Source of the DNA: Candidatus Theseobacter exili
GTDB taxonomy: Bacteria > Auribacterota > JACPWU01 > Theseobacterales > Theseobacteraceae
Reading direction: 5' to 3'
DNA: 37,052 bases
Assembly (NCBI GenBank): GCA_030765365.1
Contig: JAVCCS010000092.1
Span: 1 to 37,052, forward strand
The notes under the pieces were generated by a model. It was not told where the DNA came from. It saw only the letters and a list, made by a program, of their open reading frames with translations, and searched no databases. Each line of letters opens with the position of its first letter. Positions within the stretch are counted from its first letter, which is position 1. The translations under genes were made by a program, and so were the position numbers. This document shows positions 20,911 through 29,786 of the stretch, one piece after another.

Positions 20911-21534
20911 TTATTCGCTTGTAGTTTTCTTAATATCATCCGTATCTTGTATCTCAACCTCTAATGCAGGTTTCTCTAAAGATTCAGTGCTTTCAGGTTG
21001 TTTTTTATCTTCAGAAACTTCTTCATCCACAGATGTATCCTCTGCTTTTGGTTCTTCATCCACAGATGTATCCTCTGCTTTTGGTTCTTCATCTGCAGAT
21101 GTATCTTCTGCTTTTGGTTCTTCATCCACAGATGTATCTTCTGCTTTTGGTTCTTCATCTGCAACAGTTTCTTCATTTGAAGAATCCGCTACAACTGGTT
21201 TTTTAATATATTCTTCGGTATCAGATAATGATTCTTTTTCAAAATTTTCTCCCTCAAAACGAATCATTAGGAACCGAATAATATTCTGATTCATCATCAA
21301 CCTGCGCTCAAGTTTCTTCACATCTGTTGAATTCATCTCAAAATAATATAAGACATAAAGACCTTCCTTTTGGCGCTTAATCTCATAAGATAGAGTCTTT
21401 TTACCAAGGATCCTCTGATTGTAGATCTTTCCATTAAGCTTACTGATCTCCTGGTTGATCTGATTAAAGACCTGCTCTAATTCTTCATTCGATAGTGCCG
21501 GTTTGACGATAAACATCGTCTCATAACGATTCAA
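20911..21534 (-). CDS. rpsF: 30S ribosomal protein bS6 with a long acidic repetitive tail
   Basis: RYETMFIVKP, GKKTLSYEIK, EGLY, IIRFL; rpsF-ssb-rpsR order. TTG start at 21534 with an AAGGAG RBS. Confidence 0.95.
   Translation of the reverse strand: MNRYETMFIVKPALSNEELEQVFNQINQEISKLNGKIYNQRILGKKTLSYEIKRQKEGLYVLYYFEMNSTDVKKLERRLMMNQNIIRFLMIRFEGENFEKESLSDTEEYIKKPVVADSSNEETVADEEPKAEDTSVDEEPKAEDTSADEEPKAEDTSVDEEPKAEDTSVDEEVSEDKKQPESTESLEKPALEVEIQDTDDIKKTTSE
21019..21162. repeat. 33-bp coding tandem repeat (4 full units plus a partial) in rpsF
   Basis: TTCTTCATCCACAGATGTATCCTCTGCTTTTGG-type units at 21019, 21052, 21085 and 21118, encoding DEEPKAEDTS(V/A). Confidence 0.95.
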
Positions 21535-21570
21535 TTGACCATCTCCTTTCTTAATCAATTCAACTATTCA

Positions 21571-22146
21571 TTAATCGTTGAATTGATTCATTGCTTTTTC
21601 AAATCCGTTAATTACAACATATTGTAAAGATTTTATGGCTTTTTTCATAACTTCTTCCAATTGTTTATATTCATTTTCACCAAATTGACCGAGAACAAAG
21701 TCAGACAAATTTCCTTTTCTCAAAGGTGAATCTATTCCAATCCGCAAACGAGGGACTTCTTCAGTATTCAAGTACTGCAATACAGAAGCAAGACCATTAT
21801 GTCCACCGGCGCTTCCACGCCGTCTCAGTCTAATTCTGCCAAACTCCAAACTGACATCATCAATTACAATTAAAATTTCCTGCGGTTTATACCTGAATTT
21901 CCGTATAAGCTGATAAACAGCCCGCCCGCTGAGATTCATATATGTCAATGGCTTTGCAAGAATTATATTTGAATCTTCAAACCTTATTTCACTAAACTGA
22001 AACTGACAAAACCACTTTTTTCTAAATTTGCCACCTGTATTCTCGGCAATTCTATCAACAACCATCTGTCCTGCATTGTGTCTGGTTCCCGCATAAAAAT
22101 CTCCGGGATTCCCTAGTCCAACGATCATGCCAATGTGATCAGACAC
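21571..22146 (-). CDS. pth: Peptidyl-tRNA hydrolase
   Basis: IVGLGNPG, TRHNAG, KPLTYMNLSG, GSAGGHNGL, RLRIGI. Confidence 0.98.
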   Translation of the reverse strand: MSDHIGMIVGLGNPGDFYAGTRHNAGQMVVDRIAENTGGKFRKKWFCQFQFSEIRFEDSNIILAKPLTYMNLSGRAVYQLIRKFRYKPQEILIVIDDVSLEFGRIRLRRRGSAGGHNGLASVLQYLNTEEVPRLRIGIDSPLRKGNLSDFVLGQFGENEYKQLEEVMKKAIKSLQYVVINGFEKAMNQFND

Positions 22147-22151
22147 GATAA

Positions 22152-22844
22152 TTATTCCTCTTTGCCTTCCCCCTCGTCAGCTTCCTTTTCTTTACCACGT
22201 CCTATAACTGCCGGTTCAGCAGCAGCTTCTTCTTCACCCTCTTCTTCCCCTTCTTCTTCTTCTTCTTCTTCTACTACCTTAGGTGCCACCAAAGCAAAAA
22301 CAGGAAGCTCAGGATCAATTAGAACTACTACGTCAGAAGGAACCTTTATTTCCTTAACAAGGATGTGTTCCCCAATATGCAAGCCCGATATATCAACTTC
22401 TATCGCTGCTGGCACAGCAGTAGGCAAACACTCCACTTCAAGTTCACGAAGCAAATGCTCCAGAATTCCTCCCTGTTGAGAAACACCTTCAGGATCCCCG
22501 TACTCTCTAATAGGAACATGCACATGAATTTTTTCCTTGAGTGAAATCTCCATAAAATCTACATGTTTAAAACTGTCATGAACCGGACACCTCTGAACTT
22601 CTTTTATAATAACCGTTTTCTTTGAAGTTTTCTTCCCATCCATAATTTCAAGACTTAAAACCATGGTTTCAATAGCGTAATGTGATATCAAATGTTCAAT
22701 TGCTGCATCATCAATCTTTATTGAAAGAGCTTCTTTCCCACCTGAATAAACCACACCGGGTATTTTACCAGCCTTTCTAAGTCTGCTAACACGCTTTTTC
22801 CCACACTCACTGCGCGTTTCCGCTTGCAATACTATTTCTGACAT
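22152..22844 (-). CDS. rplY: 50S ribosomal protein bL25/Ctc
   Basis: RLRKAGKIPGVVY, HVDF, GVSQQGGIL; poly-Glu tail. Confidence 0.97.
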   Translation of the reverse strand: MSEIVLQAETRSECGKKRVSRLRKAGKIPGVVYSGGKEALSIKIDDAAIEHLISHYAIETMVLSLEIMDGKKTSKKTVIIKEVQRCPVHDSFKHVDFMEISLKEKIHVHVPIREYGDPEGVSQQGGILEHLLRELEVECLPTAVPAAIEVDISGLHIGEHILVKEIKVPSDVVVLIDPELPVFALVAPKVVEEEEEEEGEEEGEEEAAAEPAVIGRGKEKEADEGEGKEE

Positions 22845-22905
22845 GTATTCATCTCCTAATCACTTATATAAATTTTTTGCCAATATACTGTCTGAAAAAA
22901 ATCTG

Positions 22906-23847
22906 TCAATCAAAAAGGGAACTTACTGATTCATTTTCATGTATTCTGCGTATAGCTTCCCCAAAAAGACTTGCTACCGAAATAACTCTTAATTTTCCGT
23001 TACCCTGTTTTTCTTTTACCGGAATTGAATCGGAAATAAAAACACATTTTAAGCTGGAATTTTCAATCCTCTCAAGAGCAGGAGGAGAAAGAACCGGATG
23101 TGCTGAAGCGGCATAAATATCGTTAGCCCCATTTGCAGCAACCATATTAGCAGCCTCTGTCAAAGAACCTGCGGTTGCGATCAGGTCATCTACAATTACA
23201 ACATTAGTTCCCTCAACCTCACCTATAAGATGCACAACCTCAGCTTTATCCTTTTTGTAACGTCTTTTATCTACTATTGCAAGATTAGCATTTAATCTCT
23301 GTGCAAACAACCTGGCTCTTTTTATTCCGCCAACATCCGGAGCCACGACTGTTATATTATCAAGTTTTAATCTCTTCAATGCGTCAGTAAAAACCGGCAC
23401 CATTTGAAGGTTATCCAGCGGAATATCAAAAAACCCCTGAATCTGATCCGCATGAAGATCCATAGTAAGAACTCTATCGGCTCCAGCAGCAGTAATCAAA
23501 TTTGCTACAAGCTTTGCTGATATTGGAACACGCGGTTGGTCTTTTCTGTCCTGTCTTGCGTAACCGAAATAAGGAATCACTGCGGTAATTCTTGCTGCAG
23601 ATGCACGCCTCAAAGCATCAATAATAATGAGGAGTTCCATAAGATTTTCATTAACAGGCGGACAAGTAGACTGTATAAGAAAAACATCACGCCCACGAAC
23701 ATCTTGCAATAACTTTACAAATAATTCACCATCACTGAACCTTGAAATTTCAATCTCTCCCAGTTTCACCCCGAGATATTCCACAATTTTCGATGCAATA
23801 TCCGGATTTCCTGTACCAGAAAAAACCATCATCTCATGCTTCATCAT
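22906..23847 (-). CDS. prs: Ribose-phosphate pyrophosphokinase
   Basis: FSDGE, PYFGYARQDRK, MDLHADQIQGFF, VDDLIATAGS. Confidence 0.98.
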   Translation of the reverse strand: MMKHEMMVFSGTGNPDIASKIVEYLGVKLGEIEISRFSDGELFVKLLQDVRGRDVFLIQSTCPPVNENLMELLIIIDALRRASAARITAVIPYFGYARQDRKDQPRVPISAKLVANLITAAGADRVLTMDLHADQIQGFFDIPLDNLQMVPVFTDALKRLKLDNITVVAPDVGGIKRARLFAQRLNANLAIVDKRRYKKDKAEVVHLIGEVEGTNVVIVDDLIATAGSLTEAANMVAANGANDIYAASAHPVLSPPALERIENSSLKCVFISDSIPVKEKQGNGKLRVISVASLFGEAIRRIHENESVSSLFD

Positions 23848-23879
23848 AAACACGTTTCCTTACCTTTCTGGAACTACAG

Positions 23880-25145
23880 TTATTTGACCTCTTTTTTTCT
23901 AATTCTTGCAGGCATACCTAAAGCCAATGAACCATCAGGAACATCGTGATGTTTTGTAATAACTGCGCCTGCCGCAGTAACCGCATCTTGACCAATCTTG
24001 ACTGGAGCAATCATAATTGTTCCACTTCCTATAAAAGCTCCGTCTTCAATAGTTGTTTTATGTTTATTTTTCCCATCATAATTTGCAGTAATTGTACCTG
24101 CACCTATATTGACTTTTGCGCCAATACATGCATCGCCAAGATATGTCAAATGCTTAGCTTTACTGCCTTTTTTTATTCTTGTATTCTTTACCTCAACAAA
24201 GTTACCTACTTCTGAACCATTTTCCAAGACTGTACCGTTTCTCAAATGAGAAAATGGACCGACATGACAGTTCCTGCCGATTTCAACTTTACCTTCAATC
24301 ACTGTAAAAGGATAAATAATTGTATCCTGCCCAATCACAACATCATGATCTATAAAAGTCGTTCTAGGATCAACAATGGTAACTCCGGCATCCATGTGAG
24401 CATTTTTTATACGTGAAAAAACAACCTCGCCAACATTAGCCAAATCTCTTTTTGAGTTGATTCCCCGAACTTCATCACCATCTTCCAGGACAACAGAACC
24501 TATACGTTTTCCTGACCGAAACATCCTCTCAACAACATCCGTCAGGTAATATTCTCCTTTGTCTTTCCTTATTTCAATTGTTTCTAAAACCTCATTAAGA
24601 AATTCCCACCGAAAACAATAGGTTCCTGAATTAACTTCTTCATTAGCCTTTTCAAATAAACTTGCATTTTTTTCTTCAACTATTTTGCTTATTTCTCCAT
24701 GCGATTTTCTAACAATCCGTCCATATCCTTCCGGATTCTTTAAAATACCCGTTAAAAGAGTGCAATCAAGGTTTTCCTGCCTATGAACATCCAAAAGCCG
24801 GGCAATAGATTCCCCATTAAGTAAAGGAGCATCACCGCAAAGAACCATAACCTCTCCAGAAAAATCCTCAAGGAACGGCTTTGCCTGCATTACTGCGTGT
24901 CCTGTTCCCAAAAGTTCCTTCTGGTGAACATATGAAAAATCAGAACCAAGATACTCTTTTATATCATCAGCCTGATGCCCGACAACAACCAGCTTTCTGC
25001 AATCGCTATCCAGCGACATAACCAAATCAGCAATATATCTAATAATTGGTTTCCCAGCAACCTTATGCAAAACCTTAGAACAGGCTGACTTCATCCTAGT
25101 CCCTTCCCCAGCAGCCAGAATAACTATCGCAAGGTTTTCGGACAT
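23880..25145 (-). CDS. glmU: Bifunctional GlcNAc-1-P uridyltransferase/acetyltransferase (short form)
   Basis: ILAAGEGTRMKS, LGTGHAV, GYGRI, GEYYLTD, GNFVEVK, HLTYLGD, TANYDG. Confidence 0.96.
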   Translation of the reverse strand: MSENLAIVILAAGEGTRMKSACSKVLHKVAGKPIIRYIADLVMSLDSDCRKLVVVGHQADDIKEYLGSDFSYVHQKELLGTGHAVMQAKPFLEDFSGEVMVLCGDAPLLNGESIARLLDVHRQENLDCTLLTGILKNPEGYGRIVRKSHGEISKIVEEKNASLFEKANEEVNSGTYCFRWEFLNEVLETIEIRKDKGEYYLTDVVERMFRSGKRIGSVVLEDGDEVRGINSKRDLANVGEVVFSRIKNAHMDAGVTIVDPRTTFIDHDVVIGQDTIIYPFTVIEGKVEIGRNCHVGPFSHLRNGTVLENGSEVGNFVEVKNTRIKKGSKAKHLTYLGDACIGAKVNIGAGTITANYDGKNKHKTTIEDGAFIGSGTIMIAPVKIGQDAVTAAGAVITKHHDVPDGSLALGMPARIRKKEVK

Positions 25146-25287
25146 CTATCACTCCTTTTTCTGTACCGCAATATATCGTAAAACCAACAGGCAAAAAAAT
25201 TCACTTACCAATATCTATACATACGGGGTATCAGTATATATCTACTATAATGAAAAAGCACACCCCTTTTTTATTAAAGAAACAAAA

Positions 25288-25316
25288 AAGATAAGATAGC
25301 GTATAAGGAAAGTCAA
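25288..25316 (-). promoter_or_regulatory. Putative sigma70 promoter upstream of glmU
   Basis: TTGACT, 17 nt spacer, TATCTT, immediately after tRNA-Gln. Confidence 0.55.
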
Positions 25317-25331
25317 TACAAATATTTTCTA

Positions 25332-25405
25332 TGGCTGCCCGGCAAGGATTCGAACCTTGAAAGTCGGCACCAAAAACCGATGTGTTACCATTACACCACC
25401 GGGCA
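25332..25405 (-). tRNA. tRNA-Gln(TTG)
   Basis: TGCCCGG...CCGGGCA-G-CCA; anticodon arm TCGGT-TT-TTG-GT-GCCGA; T arm GGTTCGAATCC; usual position between ispE and prs. Confidence 0.97.
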
Positions 25406-25463
25406 GATGTAGAATTTATTTGAAGTCGTTACGAAGAATCAAACAACTCACTAATGAAACCTT

Positions 25464-25492
25464 GTTATACTTCATTACAACAATTGGATCAA
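25464..25492 (-). promoter_or_regulatory. Putative promoter of tRNA-Gln
   Basis: TTGATC, 17 nt spacer, TATAAC. Confidence 0.4.
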
Positions 25493-25725
25493 ACCGAAAA
25501 GTTAAAAAATTCTTCAAGCGCTAACTTAAACCCATAATTTCAACAGAAGAATGAAATTCGTCAAAACCTACTGGCCTATCTTGAAATAGAAAAAGGCTCA
25601 ATACAAACTATTTCTGTTATACCTGCATTTTTTCCATTTCAATCTAAACCAATATTTTTCAACTGGTCTAATAGCTATCGTAAAATCCGGGTTAAACTGC
25701 TAATTCAACCGGCGAACCTCAAGTC

Positions 25726-26253
25726 TCAAAGGGCTTCTTCCTCCGACGTTTCCTGTATTTCTTCCAGCGGCTGTTCCTGTATTTCTTCCAGCGGTTCGGT
25801 TAATTCATTAGCATCATCGCCAGAAGCAGGTTCAACAACCTTTTCCACATTAGAACTTGTATCAGTTAAAGAGTCTCCACTTTCCTGCATACCTTTCTGT
25901 TCTCTATATGATTCAAGTATCATTCCTTCAATATATTCCCGAGCTTCTGCAGTAATTGGATGAGCAATATCTTTATGCTCTTCTCTTCTTTGATCTTCAT
26001 CATAACGCCTTTTTTCGGGAATTTTCATCCCGCATTCAGAACAAAAACGGCTTCGAATAGGATTTTTGTTCTGACAACGCGGGCATTTTTCTCTAACCCT
26101 TGTACTCGGCATTGCTACAAAAAGGCCTCTTTCACCCTCGATAATTTTCAAATCCCTCACCACAAACATATCATCGAATGTGATAGTGGCAAATGCCTTA
26201 AGTTTACTTCCTCCAGAATGTTTTAAATGGATGTTAACCTGGGTGATCTTCAT
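25726..26253 (-). CDS. spoVG: SpoVG-family nucleic-acid-binding protein with a zinc-ribbon insertion
   Basis: MKITQV, LKAFATITFD..FVVRDLKIIEG..GLFVAMPS, DIAHPI; CPRC...CSEC insert. Confidence 0.93.
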   Translation of the reverse strand: MKITQVNIHLKHSGGSKLKAFATITFDDMFVVRDLKIIEGERGLFVAMPSTRVREKCPRCQNKNPIRSRFCSECGMKIPEKRRYDEDQRREEHKDIAHPITAEAREYIEGMILESYREQKGMQESGDSLTDTSSNVEKVVEPASGDDANELTEPLEEIQEQPLEEIQETSEEEAL

Positions 26254-27149
26254 AGCTCTGATCCTTCTCGATGTGTCTGCCCTTTATGGGTAGAACAAAT
26301 GATTGAAAACACCTCTTTACAAAAACACTTCTCAAATTCTATTTTAAGCTGCTTCGCTTTTTCTTTACTTTCAACAACACCAAACACGGTTGGACCGCTA
26401 CCCGAAAGAACTGTGCCCAACGCTCCACAACGATGAATAGTTCCCTTAATTCCAAGAAGTTCTTCTTTTTTTTCAAAAGCAGGTTCTTCAAGCCGGTTAA
26501 AAAGAGCACATGCAATCTCTGCTGCATCTTTGTGCAACAAAGCCCTGATCATGACTTTAGGATCCCTCCGTTTTGTTGTCAAGGGCAATTTCACCCCGGA
26601 ATAAATTTCCGCTGTCAAAGATTGAAAACGAGGGTTAATTAAAAGATAATGTAAAGTCCCATCAAAGATAAGCGGTTCTATTTGTTCTCCAATTCCACGA
26701 CAGCAAGAAGTTCCCCCTTTCAACAAAAACGGGACATCCGCGCCAATATTAGCTCCTATATCCTGTAATTCATCATAAGACAAACCAAGATCCCATAACA
26801 CATTTGCCCCTCTAAGAGCTGCAGCCGCATTTGAGCTACCGCCACCAAGCCCGGCCCCAACGGGTATTCTCTTTTGAATATGTATATGAACTCCGTCACG
26901 AATTGAAAATTTTTTTCTAATAAGATCCAGTGCACGACAAACAAGATTTTCCGGGCCGGTTGGGATAGTAAATCCTTCTGATGAAATGCTTGTATTTCCA
27001 GATCCAGAAGAATGTTCAAAAGATAATGTGTCACAGAGATCTATTGTCTGCATAACAGTGCATATTTCGTGATAACCGTCTGTTCGCTTCTGCAGAATTT
27101 CAAGGAAGAGATTTACTTTTGCCGGAGAAGTCAGAACCAATCGTTTCAC
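26250..27149 (-). CDS. ispE: 4-diphosphocytidyl-2C-methyl-D-erythritol kinase
   Basis: PAKVNLFL, DGYHEI, KRIPVGAGLGGGSSNAA, GADVPF, SGSGPTVF. Confidence 0.98.
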   Translation of the reverse strand: MKRLVLTSPAKVNLFLEILQKRTDGYHEICTVMQTIDLCDTLSFEHSSGSGNTSISSEGFTIPTGPENLVCRALDLIRKKFSIRDGVHIHIQKRIPVGAGLGGGSSNAAAALRGANVLWDLGLSYDELQDIGANIGADVPFLLKGGTSCCRGIGEQIEPLIFDGTLHYLLINPRFQSLTAEIYSGVKLPLTTKRRDPKVMIRALLHKDAAEIACALFNRLEEPAFEKKEELLGIKGTIHRCGALGTVLSGSGPTVFGVVESKEKAKQLKIEFEKCFCKEVFSIICSTHKGQTHREGSEL

Positions 27150-27154
27150 TTTTT

Positions 27155-28672
27155 TTACCGTTGTTCTATGTTGTCAATTTTGCGAATTATATTTCGACCA
27201 TGCGGATCAAGTTTATGAGCTTTCTTATACATCTGGAGTGCTTTCTTTTTATTACCAATAGCATCTAAAGCATCTGCATAATGTTCATAAACCAGAGGAT
27301 CATCGTTTTCCTTTTCAACTGCAAGCTGAAGGATTTTCACTGCCTCTTCAAATAAGCCTTTTTTATAATAGGCCCATCCTAAACTATCCAGATATGCACC
27401 GTTTCCAGGTTCCAACTCTAAAGCTCTTTTAATATACACAATAGCAATATCCAGATCTTCGCCTCCCTCAACAAGAATATAGCCGAGATAATTTAAAGCA
27501 TCAGAATTTCTCGGGTTCATGCTAATTGTTATTTCAAACTCCTTTTTTGCCTCTTCAATATTCTGTAAACGCTCGTTACAAAGTCCCATATGAAAGTGAA
27601 ACAGGTCGGAGGCAGGCTCCTTCTTAAGCGCTTCTGCAAATGTCTTCAAAGCCTTTTCATACTGCTTTCTTAATTCATAAGCAAAACCAAGAAGAAAATA
27701 CATTTCAACTGTTGCAAGATTTCTCCCTTTTGCCAGTTTCAAAATCTTTATAGTTTGTTTGCTTTTTCCGATTTTGAGATAAAGATATCCCAAAGCCAAA
27801 TAACTCGCTGAATCTTTTGGAAGAAGATCAATTAGAAGAGTATATATACGAATAGCTTTATCATATTTTCTTTGATCATAATAAAGAATTGCCATACGGT
27901 GGTAGATATTAACATTCAGAGGAGCAATTTTCAAAGCTTCCTGATACTCCTGAATCGCGGAATTCACATCGTTTACTAACTCGTAAATATAAGCAAGACT
28001 TAAGTGAGCCTGAAACCATTCATCTTTATATTTTATAGCATTTTTAAGGCTGTCTATTGCCTTATTGAACTTCTTTTCTCTTCCATTAAGGAGGCCAAGC
28101 TTAAACCATAAAAGAGCCATTTGAGGCTTTATTTGAACAGCTTTTTCATAAACCTCAAGAGCTTTGCTATACTCTTTTTGCTGAGAATACAAATCACCGA
28201 TTGCTACATAAGCAGCAATCCTGTCACCATCGACATCCATTGCCTTCTTAAATTGCATAATAGCTTCATCATGTTCTCGAAGACTGTGATGTGCCAACCC
28301 TAGAAAAAGGTGAACTGAATATTGATCACTGTACCTTTTTTCAATAGCAGTCTGGTATTCTTTTATGGCTTTTTTGAATTCATGTTTTTTAAGATGAATT
28401 GCTCCTAGCCTAACGTGAGCCGCTCCACTATTTTTATCAAAATCAAGACACTGCATGAACTCTTCTTTTGCCTTAATATTCTTACTCAGTCGCTCATAAA
28501 TAATTCCCATACAAAAATGAGCATAGGCTTTATCCTGACTTGAAATATCTGAAGACTCTAAAACAGACCGATCCTGTGCGCAAAAGGATGTTTGAGAAAA
28601 TAACAACCCTGTGAAGGACAACAATACAACAAGGCCACTTACGAATTGCGAACGCCAGTTTATAAGACGCAC
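27155..28672 (-). CDS. Periplasmic tetratricopeptide-repeat protein
   Basis: Signal peptide and many TPRs; ALNYLGY and AYLDSLGWAYYK match the TPR family usually found upstream of ispE. Confidence 0.9.
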   Translation of the reverse strand: MRLINWRSQFVSGLVVLLSFTGLLFSQTSFCAQDRSVLESSDISSQDKAYAHFCMGIIYERLSKNIKAKEEFMQCLDFDKNSGAAHVRLGAIHLKKHEFKKAIKEYQTAIEKRYSDQYSVHLFLGLAHHSLREHDEAIMQFKKAMDVDGDRIAAYVAIGDLYSQQKEYSKALEVYEKAVQIKPQMALLWFKLGLLNGREKKFNKAIDSLKNAIKYKDEWFQAHLSLAYIYELVNDVNSAIQEYQEALKIAPLNVNIYHRMAILYYDQRKYDKAIRIYTLLIDLLPKDSASYLALGYLYLKIGKSKQTIKILKLAKGRNLATVEMYFLLGFAYELRKQYEKALKTFAEALKKEPASDLFHFHMGLCNERLQNIEEAKKEFEITISMNPRNSDALNYLGYILVEGGEDLDIAIVYIKRALELEPGNGAYLDSLGWAYYKKGLFEEAVKILQLAVEKENDDPLVYEHYADALDAIGNKKKALQMYKKAHKLDPHGRNIIRKIDNIEQR

Positions 28673-28684
28673 AACCCCTCCCTG

Positions 28685-28774
28685 CTATTTGTTCTTATGA
28701 CGACTTGCGCGACGTTTTTTCTTTCGCTTATGAGTAGCAATCTTTTTCTTACGTTTTTTTCTGCCGCAAGGCAT
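28685..28774 (-). CDS. Small basic ribosomal protein bS22 (AURKAIP1/COX24, mS38-like), 29 aa; not in the ORF track
   Basis: Manual translation MPCGRKKRKKKIATHKRKKKRRASRHKNK*, with a GGAG RBS 7 nt upstream. Confidence 0.88.
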   Translation of the reverse strand: MPCGRKKRKKKIATHKRKKKRRASRHKNK

Positions 28775-28794
28775 AAACACACTCCATTGTAAAA

Positions 28795-29676
28795 CTATTC
28801 AATTACTTTATTAAGAGGATATTCGATAATTCCTTCTGCACCACAAGATTTTAGCTCTGGAATTATATCCCTTACAACAAATTCATCAACTACAACCTCT
28901 ATTGCCAACTAACCCTCCTGAGTCAACTGTAAAACGGTAGGATTTCTAAGGGCAGGCAATTCAGCAACAATCTTGTCCAACGATGTTTCAGGAAGATTCA
29001 TTTTTAGACCCACTTTCCTGGCCGCCCTGAGAGCTCCCTTTAACAGTAACGCGATATTTTCGATCTTATTGCGTTTCCATTTATCCTGCCACGAACCTTT
29101 ATTCGCAATTAACCTGGTGGTTGATTCCAGCAACGTTTCAACTATTCTTAAATTATGAGCCCTTAGTGAAGAACCCGTTTCTGTCAATTCAACTATTGCA
29201 TCAACAAGATCAGGAACTTTAACCTCGGTAGCGCCCCAGGAGAACTCTACTTCTGCCTTTACCCCTTTAGCTTCCAGGTAGTTCTGGGTAAGCTTTACGG
29301 CTTCCGTTGCAATCCGTTTTCCATTTAGTTCCTTAACGGATTTTACAGATGAATTTTCCGGAACAGCAAGAACCCATCTTACCGGTCGGAACCCTTGCTT
29401 TGCATATATAAGTTCAGCTACTTCCTCAACATCCGATTCGTTCTCGAGAATCCAATCCTTGCCGGTAATACCAACGTCCAGGATGCCCTCTTCAACGTAA
29501 CGTGAAATTTCCTGTGCCCTGATCAGAACACATTCCATCTGTTCGTCATCGATCGTTGGAAGATATGATCTTTTCCCAACCTGAATACTATAACCTGCCT
29601 TCTGGAAAAGAGCAAATGTTGATTCCTGAAGGCTGCCCTTGGGAAGACCTATTTTAAGTTTTTTTTCCTGGCTCAC
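28795..29676 (-). pseudogene. hisG: ATP phosphoribosyltransferase (long form) interrupted by an in-frame TAG at 28909-28911
   Basis: [40 protein letters not shown]. The frame continues after the TAG as [37 protein letters not shown], the HisG C-terminal domain. Confidence 0.85.
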
Positions 29677-29716
29677 TTTTTACCTGATTTCATATATCTT
29701 AGAAAACGAAAACGAG

Positions 29717-29745
29717 AATCTACCATAAGCTTTAATTAAAAACAA
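29717..29745 (-). promoter_or_regulatory. Putative promoter of hisG-bS22-TPR-ispE-spoVG
   Basis: TTGTTT, 17 nt spacer, TAGATT with a TGn extension. Confidence 0.45.
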
Positions 29746-29786
29746 AACTTTTTTTTGAAAACCATGCAAAAAGAAAAATTTTCATG

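Noticed and set aside
21019-21162. 33-bp direct repeats as a CRISPR array
   Set aside because: The units are contiguous with no spacers, lie in frame within rpsF, and no cas genes are present.
28909-28911. Genome-wide TAG reassignment (alternative genetic code)
   Set aside because: TAG ends frr, rpsB, dnaB, rpsR and bS22 at the expected positions, and no other gene in the window has an internal TAG.
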